Origin: Spirochaetota bacterium
Lineage (GTDB): Bacteria > Spirochaetota > UBA4802 > UBA5550
Reading direction: 5' to 3'
DNA: 64,000 nt
NCBI GenBank assembly: GCA_963663865.1
Contig: OY760686.1
Span: 96,001-160,000 of the forward strand
Position numbers and translations under genes: made by a program. The notes under the pieces are model-generated. The model had not been told where the DNA came from. It searched no databases and saw nothing but the letters and a program-made list of their open reading frames with translations. Numbering within the stretch: position 1 is the first letter of the stretch; each line of letters begins with the position of its first letter. Below, piece after piece: positions 21,187 to 30,721 of this stretch.

Positions 21187-21900
21187 TCAGTTCTGCTTTT
21201 CCCTGGATACATATACCCTGTTCTTGTTGTCCTCTATATCCCTCTTATACTGATCCATAAGCTGTTTCTTTTCTTTTGGATCCATATCGATATTATCAAA
21301 AACAACGAATGCGTTTTCTTTCGCTCTGCGATAGTAGTAAATCGCTGTCAGCAATGGCCTTGCAGAAGCTGAAGTGGCATTAATATATCTATCAAAGTAG
21401 TCATTGGCCTTCTGTACAGAAAACTTGGCACTATCAAGATACTTTTCAGCATACTGATCTGGTTTTTTCCCTTCAAGCCCTTTCTCGAGGGTATCCCTGA
21501 TACTCATCTTCATCGCGTCGTTTAAAAGCTTTTCAGAGTCTTCTTTGTATTTCTTCGCAAGCTCCTGAGAAACCTTTAGCATCGCTTTTTCGTTCTCAAC
21601 AAACTTATCTGCCGCCTCCGGGACCCTGTTCTGGAAGTAAAGAGCGCTTGCCTCTGAATACTGATCAACAAGCCTGTCGATCTCAGCCTCGCCTCCGCCG
21701 TAATTAAGAACCGCGGCTTGCATAAGCTTTAGATTGCGGAAATTCTCGTAACTCAGGCGTTTTACCGTTAATTGAGGATTTGATTTCCTCTTTGGCGGGC
21801 CATAGGCGGGGTCGTAATCAAGCGACTGAGCGGTTGTGCTTACCGGAAAATATAAAACAATGGCCAGCGCCGCTGCTATAAAAGAAAATCCTTTTTGCAT
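21187..21900 (-). CDS. Exported all-helical hypothetical protein (possible distant paralog of 17153-18100)
   Basis: Start ATG 21900 after AGGAG; signal peptide; helical composition. Confidence 0.7.
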   Translation of the reverse strand: MQKGFSFIAAALAIVLYFPVSTTAQSLDYDPAYGPPKRKSNPQLTVKRLSYENFRNLKLMQAAVLNYGGGEAEIDRLVDQYSEASALYFQNRVPEAADKFVENEKAMLKVSQELAKKYKEDSEKLLNDAMKMSIRDTLEKGLEGKKPDQYAEKYLDSAKFSVQKANDYFDRYINATSASARPLLTAIYYYRRAKENAFVVFDNIDMDPKEKKQLMDQYKRDIEDNKNRVYVSREKQN

Positions 21901-22212
21901 ATCGCAACTCCTGTAATCATGTTCTGCTGTGTTAAGCAAAGTATTATAAGCATGAACGGTCTTAGAAGCAACCGAATAAAGAATAATAATCCTCAGATTG
22001 ATAAAGTCAATAAAAAATTGTCGGTTTTATCGAGCATTATTCAACATCAAATCAACCGGCATTCCGCATCCCACACTTACTTCTTGCCCATAAAGATTCC
22101 CAACGATCAATATTTTTTCAGATTCCCCATCGCGCATTTAAGAAGATTGACATTTTCAGCATTGAGTTCTCAAATAGTTTATTAAGCCTCAAATCATTCA
22201 GGAGACCGACAT

Positions 22213-22731
22213 TTGAAAGAAAAGATAATAATCGTCTACTCAACGCGAACAGGCTCCACAGAGAATATCGCATTAAAGATCAAAGAAATATTCGAAAGAA
22301 AAAACTTTGAATGCGACCTTCGTCTGGCTGATGAGATAAAAAGCCTGGACGGATACAGTGCCGCTGTCATAGGCAGCCCCATCAGGGCTGGAAGGCTTTC
22401 CCGCGATATCATGCGCTTTTCGTCAAAATTCAGAAACGCCCTCACGAGGATCCCAACTGCCGCGTTCGCAGTCTGCATAACCCTGCGGGAAGACACAGAA
22501 GAAAACCGCCGACAGGTGGGAAGCTGTCTCAACCCACTGCGTCTCTACATAAACACCCTCGACGATGAATGCTTTGCGGGTAAAATGGACTACTCTAAAT
22601 TGGGGATATTCGCACGTTTCATTGTAAAAAAACTGGTTAAAGTACCTGAGGGAGACTATATAAACTACAGCCAGGTTGAAAAATGGGCCACAGAACTTTC
22701 GGACAGAATTGCAAGTGAGAATAGACGCTAA
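22213..22731 (+). CDS. Flavodoxin-domain protein (HemG-like, Flavodoxin_5)
   Basis: YSTRTGSTENIA, VIGSPIRAG, FAGKMDYSKL; TTG start after GGAG. Confidence 0.85.
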   Translation: MKEKIIIVYSTRTGSTENIALKIKEIFERKNFECDLRLADEIKSLDGYSAAVIGSPIRAGRLSRDIMRFSSKFRNALTRIPTAAFAVCITLREDTEENRRQVGSCLNPLRLYINTLDDECFAGKMDYSKLGIFARFIVKKLVKVPEGDYINYSQVEKWATELSDRIASENRR

Positions 22732-23817
22732 CCCAACTTCAAGTTTGAAGTGCAACGGCAAGGTTAAAAAAACTTCATAAGGAGTCCGATAATCTAAAGA
22801 TTTCCGGGGTCGATTATTAATTTTTCTGACAGCTTCGTCTACTTCATTTTGTGATATGTTACTAAAATCACAGTCCTTTGGGAAAAATCTTCTGAGTATG
22901 CCATTGGTATGTTCATTTCTTCCTCTTTGCCATGAACTGTATGGGTCTGCGAAATAAGTTGAACATTCTAAAGCTTCTACAAGGATGCTATGCTGATAAA
23001 ATTCTGTCCCGTTATCGAACGTTATTGTTTTAATAAGTTCGTTCTCAATATCACCGAAAGCTTCCAATATAGCCCGATTACATGTTTCCGGTTTTTTATT
23101 TTCCATTAATGATGCTGCAAGATAATAGCTTTTTCTTTCAACCAAAGTCACTATGTATCCGGACCGTCCCTTGCCTACAACGGTATCTCCTTCCCAGTGC
23201 CCCATAGTTTGTCTTTGCTCAATTTCTTCAGGGCGGTCATGAATGCTGACTCTGTTCGGTATTTTACACCGGGAATGACGCCTATTGGCACGTTTTCTCC
23301 TCTTTTTAGCACCTCGGACTAAATACTTATACACATCACTGCCCTTGGTAATCTGCTCATATATCCATTGATAGATTGCTTCATGGCTAATACGCATTGT
23401 TGATTTCATAAGCTTAAGCCTGCCTGCAATGATATCAGGAGATTTCTTATCCTTTAATTCGTTGAGAATATATTCTTTTAATTCAGGATTTGTATCAATA
23501 AGTCGTTTTTTGGCATTCTTTTTCCTGCTTTCAGCTGTTTTCTGCGCCTCATGTGGATTGTACCAGAAGCTGCTCCGATTTCGGTCTAGTTCTCTTTTGA
23601 TGGTACTGGGAGCTCTACTTAAGAATCTGCCAATTTCACGAAGGCTTTTCCCTTCTACTAACTTTTTTTGATGACTTTTCTTTCAGCTTCATTTAATTGT
23701 TCATAGGACATCATAGGGCTTCTCCAGGAGATTTTGTTGGTCGCAAACCTCTTAGATTAAATGCCTTATGATGTCTTTATTTTTTTCTACCTGTTGCACT
23801 TCACTGTTGAATTCAGG
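22732..23817 (-). mobile_element. IS30-family insertion sequence (1086 bp)
   Basis: Imperfect terminal IRs CCCAACTTCAAGTTTGAAGTGCAAC / CCTGAATTCAACAGTGAAGTGCAAC; flanking direct repeat CTAA (22728-22731, 23818-23821); IS30 transposase inside. Confidence 0.92.
22740..23714 (-). pseudogene. IS30-family transposase, frameshifted as sequenced
   Basis: MMSYEQLNEAERKVI in one frame, then HTH GKSLREIGRFLSRAPSTIKREL, ISHEAIYQW, GHWEGDTVVG, TFDNGTEF, YFADPYSSWQRGRNEHTNGILRRFFPK in another; shift at T7 run 23663-23669; probable second shift at A7 run 22766-22772 restoring VALQT-stop. Confidence 0.85.
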
Positions 23818-23995
23818 CTAATCAGCCTTTTTAAGGGCGAAATATTTCTTGCTAAAATCCTCTGTTTTCCCGATATTGTAATGATGCTGACAATTCCATA
23901 TCCCTCTTTAACCATTCGGGGATAATCTCCTTCAGCATCGGAATAATTCTGCTTGAAAGCTGCTGCTGGAAAGCACGGCTAAGTGACAGGGTACA

Positions 23996-24952
23996 ATGAG
24001 AACAGGCGAACACATACACATTTTGAAGAAGAAGGCCGGCAGACTGCTCGACTCCTTCATGGCAAAGGGCCACGAGAAGATGACCATAATGTTCATCCCT
24101 CACAATGAAAAGAAGATCTTTAACTTTCAGATATCACGATTCACAATATCCTTCTTTATTTTGCTTTTCCTGGTAGTGCTCGTCACATCGTCGTATGCCT
24201 ACATCAAAAACAACGCGGTCAAACGGGAAGAGCAGAGACTGATGATGACGTATCAGGACATTCGATCGCATCTGCTGCGCTTCGAAAAGCTTACAAACAG
24301 CACTGAGCAGATTATCACCGATATGAAACCAGACATTGAAGAGCTCTACGCCCTCGCCGCCGGAACCGACAATGCGGCAAATCTCTGGGACATGAGCGAC
24401 TACGATGTCAAATCGCTCGAAGAGCTTAAGAAAATCAAAAACCAGCTTCCATCCGAGATATTCACAATAAGAGAACTCGAGAATGAGCTGATAGCCACAA
24501 CAAACACAATAAAGACAGTTAAGAACTTCATAGATGTGCGCAGCAAGGTTATTAAAGACACCCCCTCAATTGTCAGCAATCCCGGTCACATCACATCGCT
24601 TTTCGGCTGGAGACGCTCGCCGTTTGGACATGGCCGCGACTTCCACACCGGAATTGACATAGCCGCTCCGAGCGGGACCGAAATCAGGGCTACAGCCCCT
24701 GGAACTGTCATGGCCTCGGGTTGGAACGGAGGCTACGGCAACATGGTCCGTGTGAATCACAAATACGGCTTCGAGACGATCTACGGCCACTGTAAGGCTG
24801 TCGCCGTCAATCCGGGACAGTACGTCAAGAAGGGCCAGCTCATCGGCTGGGTCGGGCAGACAGGCAACGCCACGGGAAATCACTGCCACTACGAAATCAG
24901 GCTTGGCGGAATTCCAATCAATCCATACCCATACATGAGCCGGGTCTGGTAA
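23996..24952 (+). CDS. M23-family metalloendopeptidase with N-terminal TM and coiled coil
   Basis: ITSLFGWRRSPF, FHTGIDIAA, GYGNMV, YGH, TGNATGNHCHYEIR. Confidence 0.92.
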   Translation: MRTGEHIHILKKKAGRLLDSFMAKGHEKMTIMFIPHNEKKIFNFQISRFTISFFILLFLVVLVTSSYAYIKNNAVKREEQRLMMTYQDIRSHLLRFEKLTNSTEQIITDMKPDIEELYALAAGTDNAANLWDMSDYDVKSLEELKKIKNQLPSEIFTIRELENELIATTNTIKTVKNFIDVRSKVIKDTPSIVSNPGHITSLFGWRRSPFGHGRDFHTGIDIAAPSGTEIRATAPGTVMASGWNGGYGNMVRVNHKYGFETIYGHCKAVAVNPGQYVKKGQLIGWVGQTGNATGNHCHYEIRLGGIPINPYPYMSRVW

Positions 24953-25108
24953 CAGCTCCGGCATAACATCCCTCAAATCCACAAAGGCGCGATATCAATT
25001 TTAGTTGCGCGCATGTGATATATCTGTATTCTATAGCCCGGCTGACGGGACAAACCTTTAATGCCCATGGGCCGGACTCTCTTTTACTGATTACAGACGC
25101 CGGGAAAA

Positions 25109-28100
25109 ATGCTGAACAGAATTCTAAAATTAATTAAATATATTGCCTTATCGGCTGTAATTGCCGTTCCCGCGCTTTCTATATCAGGCAATGTAAGCTA
25201 CAGGGGCATACTTGAGGCCCTGAACACCTCTTTCGCGGGGAACACAGCTCCTGTCAGCAGCGCAAACGAGCCCTCCTACAGGCCCGGAGACTGGGAGAAA
25301 TACATTGTCTCACCTCAGTCAGCTAATTACGCCAGAACCTCCAACGGCAGCATATTCAGCTACGGCGATTCATCCGGGTTCAGCTCTTACGGCTCAATGA
25401 ACCTCAAAATGAGCTATGGCGGTTCTTTTTTCACTGACAGCAAATACAGGAACTCTGACACAGACAGGGCTTCATCCTCCCTTGTTTCACAGGGCTTTTC
25501 ACTCTCGCAGGAACTAAAAGTCCACATGGAAGGCCGCATAGGCGAACGACTCAAAGTCTACGTTGACCATGACAGCGGCAGAGAAGACAACCGATACCTT
25601 ATCAATTACAAAGCAGCACGTGAAGATGAGCTCCTCCGTGAGATAAATGCCGGTGAGATTGATCTGAAGTTCGGAAGCTCGAAATATGCCGTTTACGATG
25701 ACAACAGCGCTAAAGGTCTCGGTGTGGATTTCACTGTCAGAAAAGGAGATTTTAGATTAAGGGCCTTCGGCAGCATCAAGGAAGGCGAGACGGTAACCGA
25801 AACCTTCACAGGCAGCTCAACGCAGCACAGTGTATCGCTGAAGGAGTATCAGTACGAGAAGCTCAGATACTACCAGCTTGAACCGTTTAAACGCTATGAC
25901 GGCCTGACATCCGTGCCGGCGGCTTCATCAGCCCTGTACGAATCGCTGAACACCTTTACCTCCGCGGCAACATCTTTCTCGCCCAACAACGTGGGAATAG
26001 ATCCGTCAGGTTTCGCCCTCTACATGGACGATCAGAACAGCCTTAACGATTCGGGCGCGATTACACTTGAACTTGACGGCGGCAAGTATACACTGCTCGT
26101 ATCTGGAACCGATTATACAATAAATCACAGCACTGGACTGATAACATTTCTAAGCTCAGTACCGGCTAAATCACGAATCTTTGCCGTTTATAACCTGCTT
26201 TCAGGATCTACTACTGACCCCTCGGCGAGGACTGACATCTACCCCGGCAGGAATTTCGTGTTTATCAAATACGGTTATTCCATTGATGAGGACAGCAACA
26301 GAGACTTCGCGCTTGCCTCTTCAGAAGACCGCAACGGAGACGGGAAGCTCAATCTCGACATCTATGAAGTCCGTTCTGCCTATTACCTGGGGTACAGACA
26401 GATCGAGCAGGACAACTTCACCATATCATTTCTTCGTGAAAACTCTCTTCTCACAAAGGACAATGCGGATAGAGCCGGCAAATACAGCATTGATTACGAA
26501 AACGGAATTCTGTTTTTTAACAAGAGAGAGCCGTTCAGAGAACTCCTCACCGATGATCAGACCGACAGGATTTACGCAGAATCCACAGACTCTTCCGCAG
26601 CCACCAGTTCCAGAATAAGCATTAAAGCAGACTACATGCACAATTCAAGAAACTACCAGCTGAAATACAGTAACTTACTGGAAGGCAGCGTAAAGATCAA
26701 GGTTGATGAAAGAACTGTAGCCTCATCACTCTACTCAGTTGACTACACCTCAGGCTATATCGCCTTCAATGATGAAAACAATCCGTTTATATCGCCCGAG
26801 TCAAAGGTGGAAATCAAGTACGAGTACCTTCCCGCGGGCGCGCAAAGCTCCGACTTCATCGGTGGCGCAAGGGCAGATTATGACCTTTCGCGTGATATCA
26901 CTCTCGGCGGAACAGTCCTCTTCAGCGGTTCAACCGGCGGCGGGACCATCCCCGACATAAGCTCTTCCCCTGACCAGACAATGGTTCTCGAGGGGGATAT
27001 CAGCCTGGATCTGTCAGGCAGAAGGCTCGCTGATCTGGCTGAAGGCGTTACAGGCAGCAAGGTCGGCACAGTGCCGGCGAGGATACGCGCATACGGTGAA
27101 ATCGCGCGAAGCTACAGGAAAGTAAACTCATTCGGAAAAGCCCTGATAGACAGCATGGAGTCAAGCGGAGAGATAACGGCCATATCCCTCTCCGAAAAAG
27201 ACTGGATACTCTCTTCCATGCCATGGCAGAACGGTACAGCTGAGCCGCAAAGCGCCAGGGGCATACTAAATTATTTATACTATAGAAACCCGTCCAGTCC
27301 CGGAACACTGAGGGGCCTGTCCTTCACCCCTTACAGCGTTGACTATTCCGTGAAACCCGGCCCTTACAATGTTGCCGCAGGCCATATCGAATCCTCGATA
27401 CAGGAACAGTCATCACAGAGATCGCTTGTTCTCGACTACGACTTCACTTCAGGGAACACAGTTGCCATTGCGACCAGAAAGCTTTCGTCAGACGCGCTCG
27501 ACTTTTCTTCCATTCAGTACATTGAATTCACGTACAGGCTTGACGGAGCTTCATCTGACAGCGTCAATCTCTTCATCGATGTCGGAACAATTAACGAGGA
27601 TTCCGACGGAGACGGAATCCTCGACACAGAAGACAGCAATCTTAACGGAGTGCTCGACTCTGACCCATCACGCAATTATTCAGAGGACAGCGGATACAGT
27701 TTTAACGGCAACACCCCGACCTTCATCGGCAGCGGGCCGGGGTTAAGCAGCTCCACATCTGGCGACGGAATTCTTACAAGCGAGGACTTAAACGGAAACG
27801 GCTATCTGGATACCAGCGGCTATTTCATGACGTTCCCTGGCGCTTCCTCCGCTGAGAGCCTATTCACCGTTACTCAGACGTCTGAATGGAAAACAGGAAG
27901 AATCTACATTGATTCATCATCATTCACAGACTCAGATACTGAAAAACTGAAAACTGCAACCGCCGTTAGAATGTATCTCAGGAGGAACAGCGGCAGCTCC
28001 GGCAGGCTTTACATTGACTCTCTTAAATTCGTGTCTTCAAACTGGGTTAATCCTTCGCTTGACGGCAGTCAGGTCGTGGGGCCCGACCAGCTCAGTCTCA

Positions 28101-30721
28101 GCTTTGTGAACACCCTTACCGATGCTGACTACAGGGCTGCTTCGTTTGTACGCTCAGAGAGTTCAGCCTACAAATCACTTTACGGCGACCTTTCAGAAGA
28201 TGAGCTTGACCATGAATCTGAATCTTCACTCCAGCTTTCGTACAATATCAGCGGAGGAGATGAGGTTACTGTTACAAGGCGGTTCAGCAAGACTATAGAC
28301 CTGAGGCACTACAAAACGCTGAATATATGGCTCAATCCGAGGTCATATCAGCAGGGCAATGAATTCAGAGTCTACCTGGGCTCAAGCGATAACGATTTCA
28401 TCGAATATCATTCTGAAATTTCCGAAAGAGATTACTGGAAAAACCTCGCTCTTGTCCTGCAGGAAGGTTCAACCGGAACTGTTAAGCCTTTTTCAACAAC
28501 GGGCAATCCTGACATGAAAAGGATATCCTGGATAAAGATAGGCATCTACGGCCCCGGAAGCAGCGGCAAGCTATGGGTCAACGAGATATACACCTCTGAA
28601 GCAGAGACTATCGCCGACACTGCTCACTGGATTGAAACGGATTTGTCATTCACTAAGCCTCTGTACGTAACGGATGGCGGAACTCCGGTTATGTCTGACC
28701 TCAGCCTGAAGTTCCTGAGCAGGGGGCATGGCTCAGGGTTCTCAAGCGTTGGCAAGGAGAACAACGAGCTTTCGGAGGCCACAGGCGGGTTCTATTCATC
28801 AGCCACAATCGTCCCCGGCTGGAAGGCTGTATTTGACTTCACCAGAGAAAAAAGCTCTACCGACGCACTCAACGATATGGTAGCCGAAACCCTCAGGGGA
28901 AGAACAGTCATCAACACAATAAGCACTTCAACATCATACACACCCGCTGACAGTATTATACCCGGAATACATCTTTCATATCGAGGGGAATCACTCGAAA
29001 ACAGAAGAACTAAAGACATTTCAGGAATCAGCGTAGACTCCGCGACAGAAACAGAAAAGCATGTGCCGGAACTTTTGATTACTGACAGCTTCAGCAATTT
29101 CCTCTGGGGCAAGCTTGAGACAAAATTCAATCTGGGGATGGTCCTGAAGAACAACTCGGTCAAAAATAACTCCACTGAAACCGATGAGGCATCTCTTTCA
29201 CTTATAACAGCGCCTCAGGAGTCCGAAAAAAGAGAGCGTACAGAAACATCCCTCATTCTCGATTACAGCACCTCCTGTTTTTATATACGCCCTCATCTTT
29301 CCCTCACGAGCGAAGAGATTGTTGAGCTTACAGGAAGCACATACTCAACAGACACGTCAGTTCTGAATGACGTAAGCGGCGGATACCACCTTCCCTTTCA
29401 GTACGGCAGCGACATGAGATTCGTCGAGCGGACAAACCGCCTGCAGTTTGCTGCAGGCATAATGGACACATGGCTAATTGCGCCGAGATATGATACAGTT
29501 CTGAGCTACTCGGAAAACGGCTTCTCTGACTACGATGACTCAAATCTCAGCAAATCCGGAAGCTTTCGCCGTGAAAAGGACGGACGAAGTATTGTCGATA
29601 CCGGAATAACCATACCCTTCAGCACACAGAGGCTTTCAGGGACATCACTCGCGTTCATTAAAAACCTGAACCTTGCTTACAACCGATCAATAACTCTTTA
29701 CGAAACGTCAGCCCCTTATGAAGGCGAGGGTACTGATTATTTCGATGAACAGTATGGTATCAGCCGCAGCCTTGCGGGCCTCATGAACGAGGGCATGAAC
29801 ATCTTCAACTACTATCCGGGTTATTTTCTGGGTGGCGGAGGCCATTCAGAAAGAACAAGGGAGTACATTAATTCTCGGTTTAACAGCGGCATAAGCTTCC
29901 CCGACGGATCGGCTGTTTCAGATTATGAAAACCAGCTCAAACTTATCGAATCATTCTCATTAAGCTGGCTTATGGAGTTCGCATCATTCAACAACAGCAC
30001 AACCGCTGGCATTAACCAGGTCACAGAGAGGCTGACTATTAACTCGCTTCCTCAGCAGGTAATCTCATGGGAGATATCAACACAGTTCAACTTCGACATG
30101 ATGAAGCTGTTCCGTTTCGGGTTCTTCCGGCCCAACTCGCCTGAGTCACCGCGACACGACTCAAGCTTTGATATCGGGTACTCTCTCAGGAACAATATGC
30201 TCATTACACAAAATATATACGAGCACACCCACTCACCTCTTATTGGAGTCACGTTCAAATGGGACCGTTCATACATTTCGATTAGCGGCGGCGTTGAATT
30301 AAGAAACAGATCCTACAGTGAGTACATCAGTCAGAACGATGAGCTGTACTTCAGCAACATATCAACTTCAGCAGAACTCGGGGAATTTGACGCCGGATAT
30401 ACATTCTCTACAGTGTACGAAACCGATGTAAAGTGGCTCCACAGATTTTTTGAGCAGTTTCATGCTCTGACTGCGCTTCCGATTTTCACACTCGAATACC
30501 GTATGGCGTTCAACCGCTACGACTACGACATTTCGGCATCACCCGAACCCTATGACATGTTTCTGCTTAACGCTAAACTTACACTTGACCTTCACAGACA
30601 TATACAGGGCGGCATCAGCGCGACCTTTGCCCTCGAACAGTACCGCAACAGAGACACCGAAGCAATCACTTCGAGAATAGTATCATACGAGGGGGCAGCC
30701 AGCCTCACTCTTCTATTTTGA
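25109..30721 (+). CDS. Very large outer-membrane protein, SprA/Sov (T9SS translocon)-like
   Basis: Signal peptide; SprA-like motifs in order: EDELLREINAGEIDL, DY.+DY..G.+.F (x3), LDFSSIQYIEF, EDLNGNGYLDT, IDLRHYKTLNIW, VYLGS.DNDFIEY, GNPDMKRISWIKIGI, GKLWVNEI; beta-rich C-half ending in Phe. Confidence 0.75.
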   Translation: MLNRILKLIKYIALSAVIAVPALSISGNVSYRGILEALNTSFAGNTAPVSSANEPSYRPGDWEKYIVSPQSANYARTSNGSIFSYGDSSGFSSYGSMNLKMSYGGSFFTDSKYRNSDTDRASSSLVSQGFSLSQELKVHMEGRIGERLKVYVDHDSGREDNRYLINYKAAREDELLREINAGEIDLKFGSSKYAVYDDNSAKGLGVDFTVRKGDFRLRAFGSIKEGETVTETFTGSSTQHSVSLKEYQYEKLRYYQLEPFKRYDGLTSVPAASSALYESLNTFTSAATSFSPNNVGIDPSGFALYMDDQNSLNDSGAITLELDGGKYTLLVSGTDYTINHSTGLITFLSSVPAKSRIFAVYNLLSGSTTDPSARTDIYPGRNFVFIKYGYSIDEDSNRDFALASSEDRNGDGKLNLDIYEVRSAYYLGYRQIEQDNFTISFLRENSLLTKDNADRAGKYSIDYENGILFFNKREPFRELLTDDQTDRIYAESTDSSAATSSRISIKADYMHNSRNYQLKYSNLLEGSVKIKVDERTVASSLYSVDYTSGYIAFNDENNPFISPESKVEIKYEYLPAGAQSSDFIGGARADYDLSRDITLGGTVLFSGSTGGGTIPDISSSPDQTMVLEGDISLDLSGRRLADLAEGVTGSKVGTVPARIRAYGEIARSYRKVNSFGKALIDSMESSGEITAISLSEKDWILSSMPWQNGTAEPQSARGILNYLYYRNPSSPGTLRGLSFTPYSVDYSVKPGPYNVAAGHIESSIQEQSSQRSLVLDYDFTSGNTVAIATRKLSSDALDFSSIQYIEFTYRLDGASSDSVNLFIDVGTINEDSDGDGILDTEDSNLNGVLDSDPSRNYSEDSGYSFNGNTPTFIGSGPGLSSSTSGDGILTSEDLNGNGYLDTSGYFMTFPGASSAESLFTVTQTSEWKTGRIYIDSSSFTDSDTEKLKTATAVRMYLRRNSGSSGRLYIDSLKFVSSNWVNPSLDGSQVVGPDQLSLSFVNTLTDADYRAASFVRSESSAYKSLYGDLSEDELDHESESSLQLSYNISGGDEVTVTRRFSKTIDLRHYKTLNIWLNPRSYQQGNEFRVYLGSSDNDFIEYHSEISERDYWKNLALVLQEGSTGTVKPFSTTGNPDMKRISWIKIGIYGPGSSGKLWVNEIYTSEAETIADTAHWIETDLSFTKPLYVTDGGTPVMSDLSLKFLSRGHGSGFSSVGKENNELSEATGGFYSSATIVPGWKAVFDFTREKSSTDALNDMVAETLRGRTVINTISTSTSYTPADSIIPGIHLSYRGESLENRRTKDISGISVDSATETEKHVPELLITDSFSNFLWGKLETKFNLGMVLKNNSVKNNSTETDEASLSLITAPQESEKRERTETSLILDYSTSCFYIRPHLSLTSEEIVELTGSTYSTDTSVLNDVSGGYHLPFQYGSDMRFVERTNRLQFAAGIMDTWLIAPRYDTVLSYSENGFSDYDDSNLSKSGSFRREKDGRSIVDTGITIPFSTQRLSGTSLAFIKNLNLAYNRSITLYETSAPYEGEGTDYFDEQYGISRSLAGLMNEGMNIFNYYPGYFLGGGGHSERTREYINSRFNSGISFPDGSAVSDYENQLKLIESFSLSWLMEFASFNNSTTAGINQVTERLTINSLPQQVISWEISTQFNFDMMKLFRFGFFRPNSPESPRHDSSFDIGYSLRNNMLITQNIYEHTHSPLIGVTFKWDRSYISISGGVELRNRSYSEYISQNDELYFSNISTSAELGEFDAGYTFSTVYETDVKWLHRFFEQFHALTALPIFTLEYRMAFNRYDYDISASPEPYDMFLLNAKLTLDLHRHIQGGISATFALEQYRNRDTEAITSRIVSYEGAASLTLLF

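Noticed and set aside
22423-22731. C-terminal extension of the transposase ORF
   Set aside because: Runs past the IS end, antisense to the flavodoxin gene; best explained by the A7 frameshift
23662-23670. Programmed -1 ribosomal frameshift (IS3-type A-AAA-AAG)
   Set aside because: The zero frame reads AAA-AAA-AGT, so the classic motif is out of phase, and IS30 elements are not known to use it
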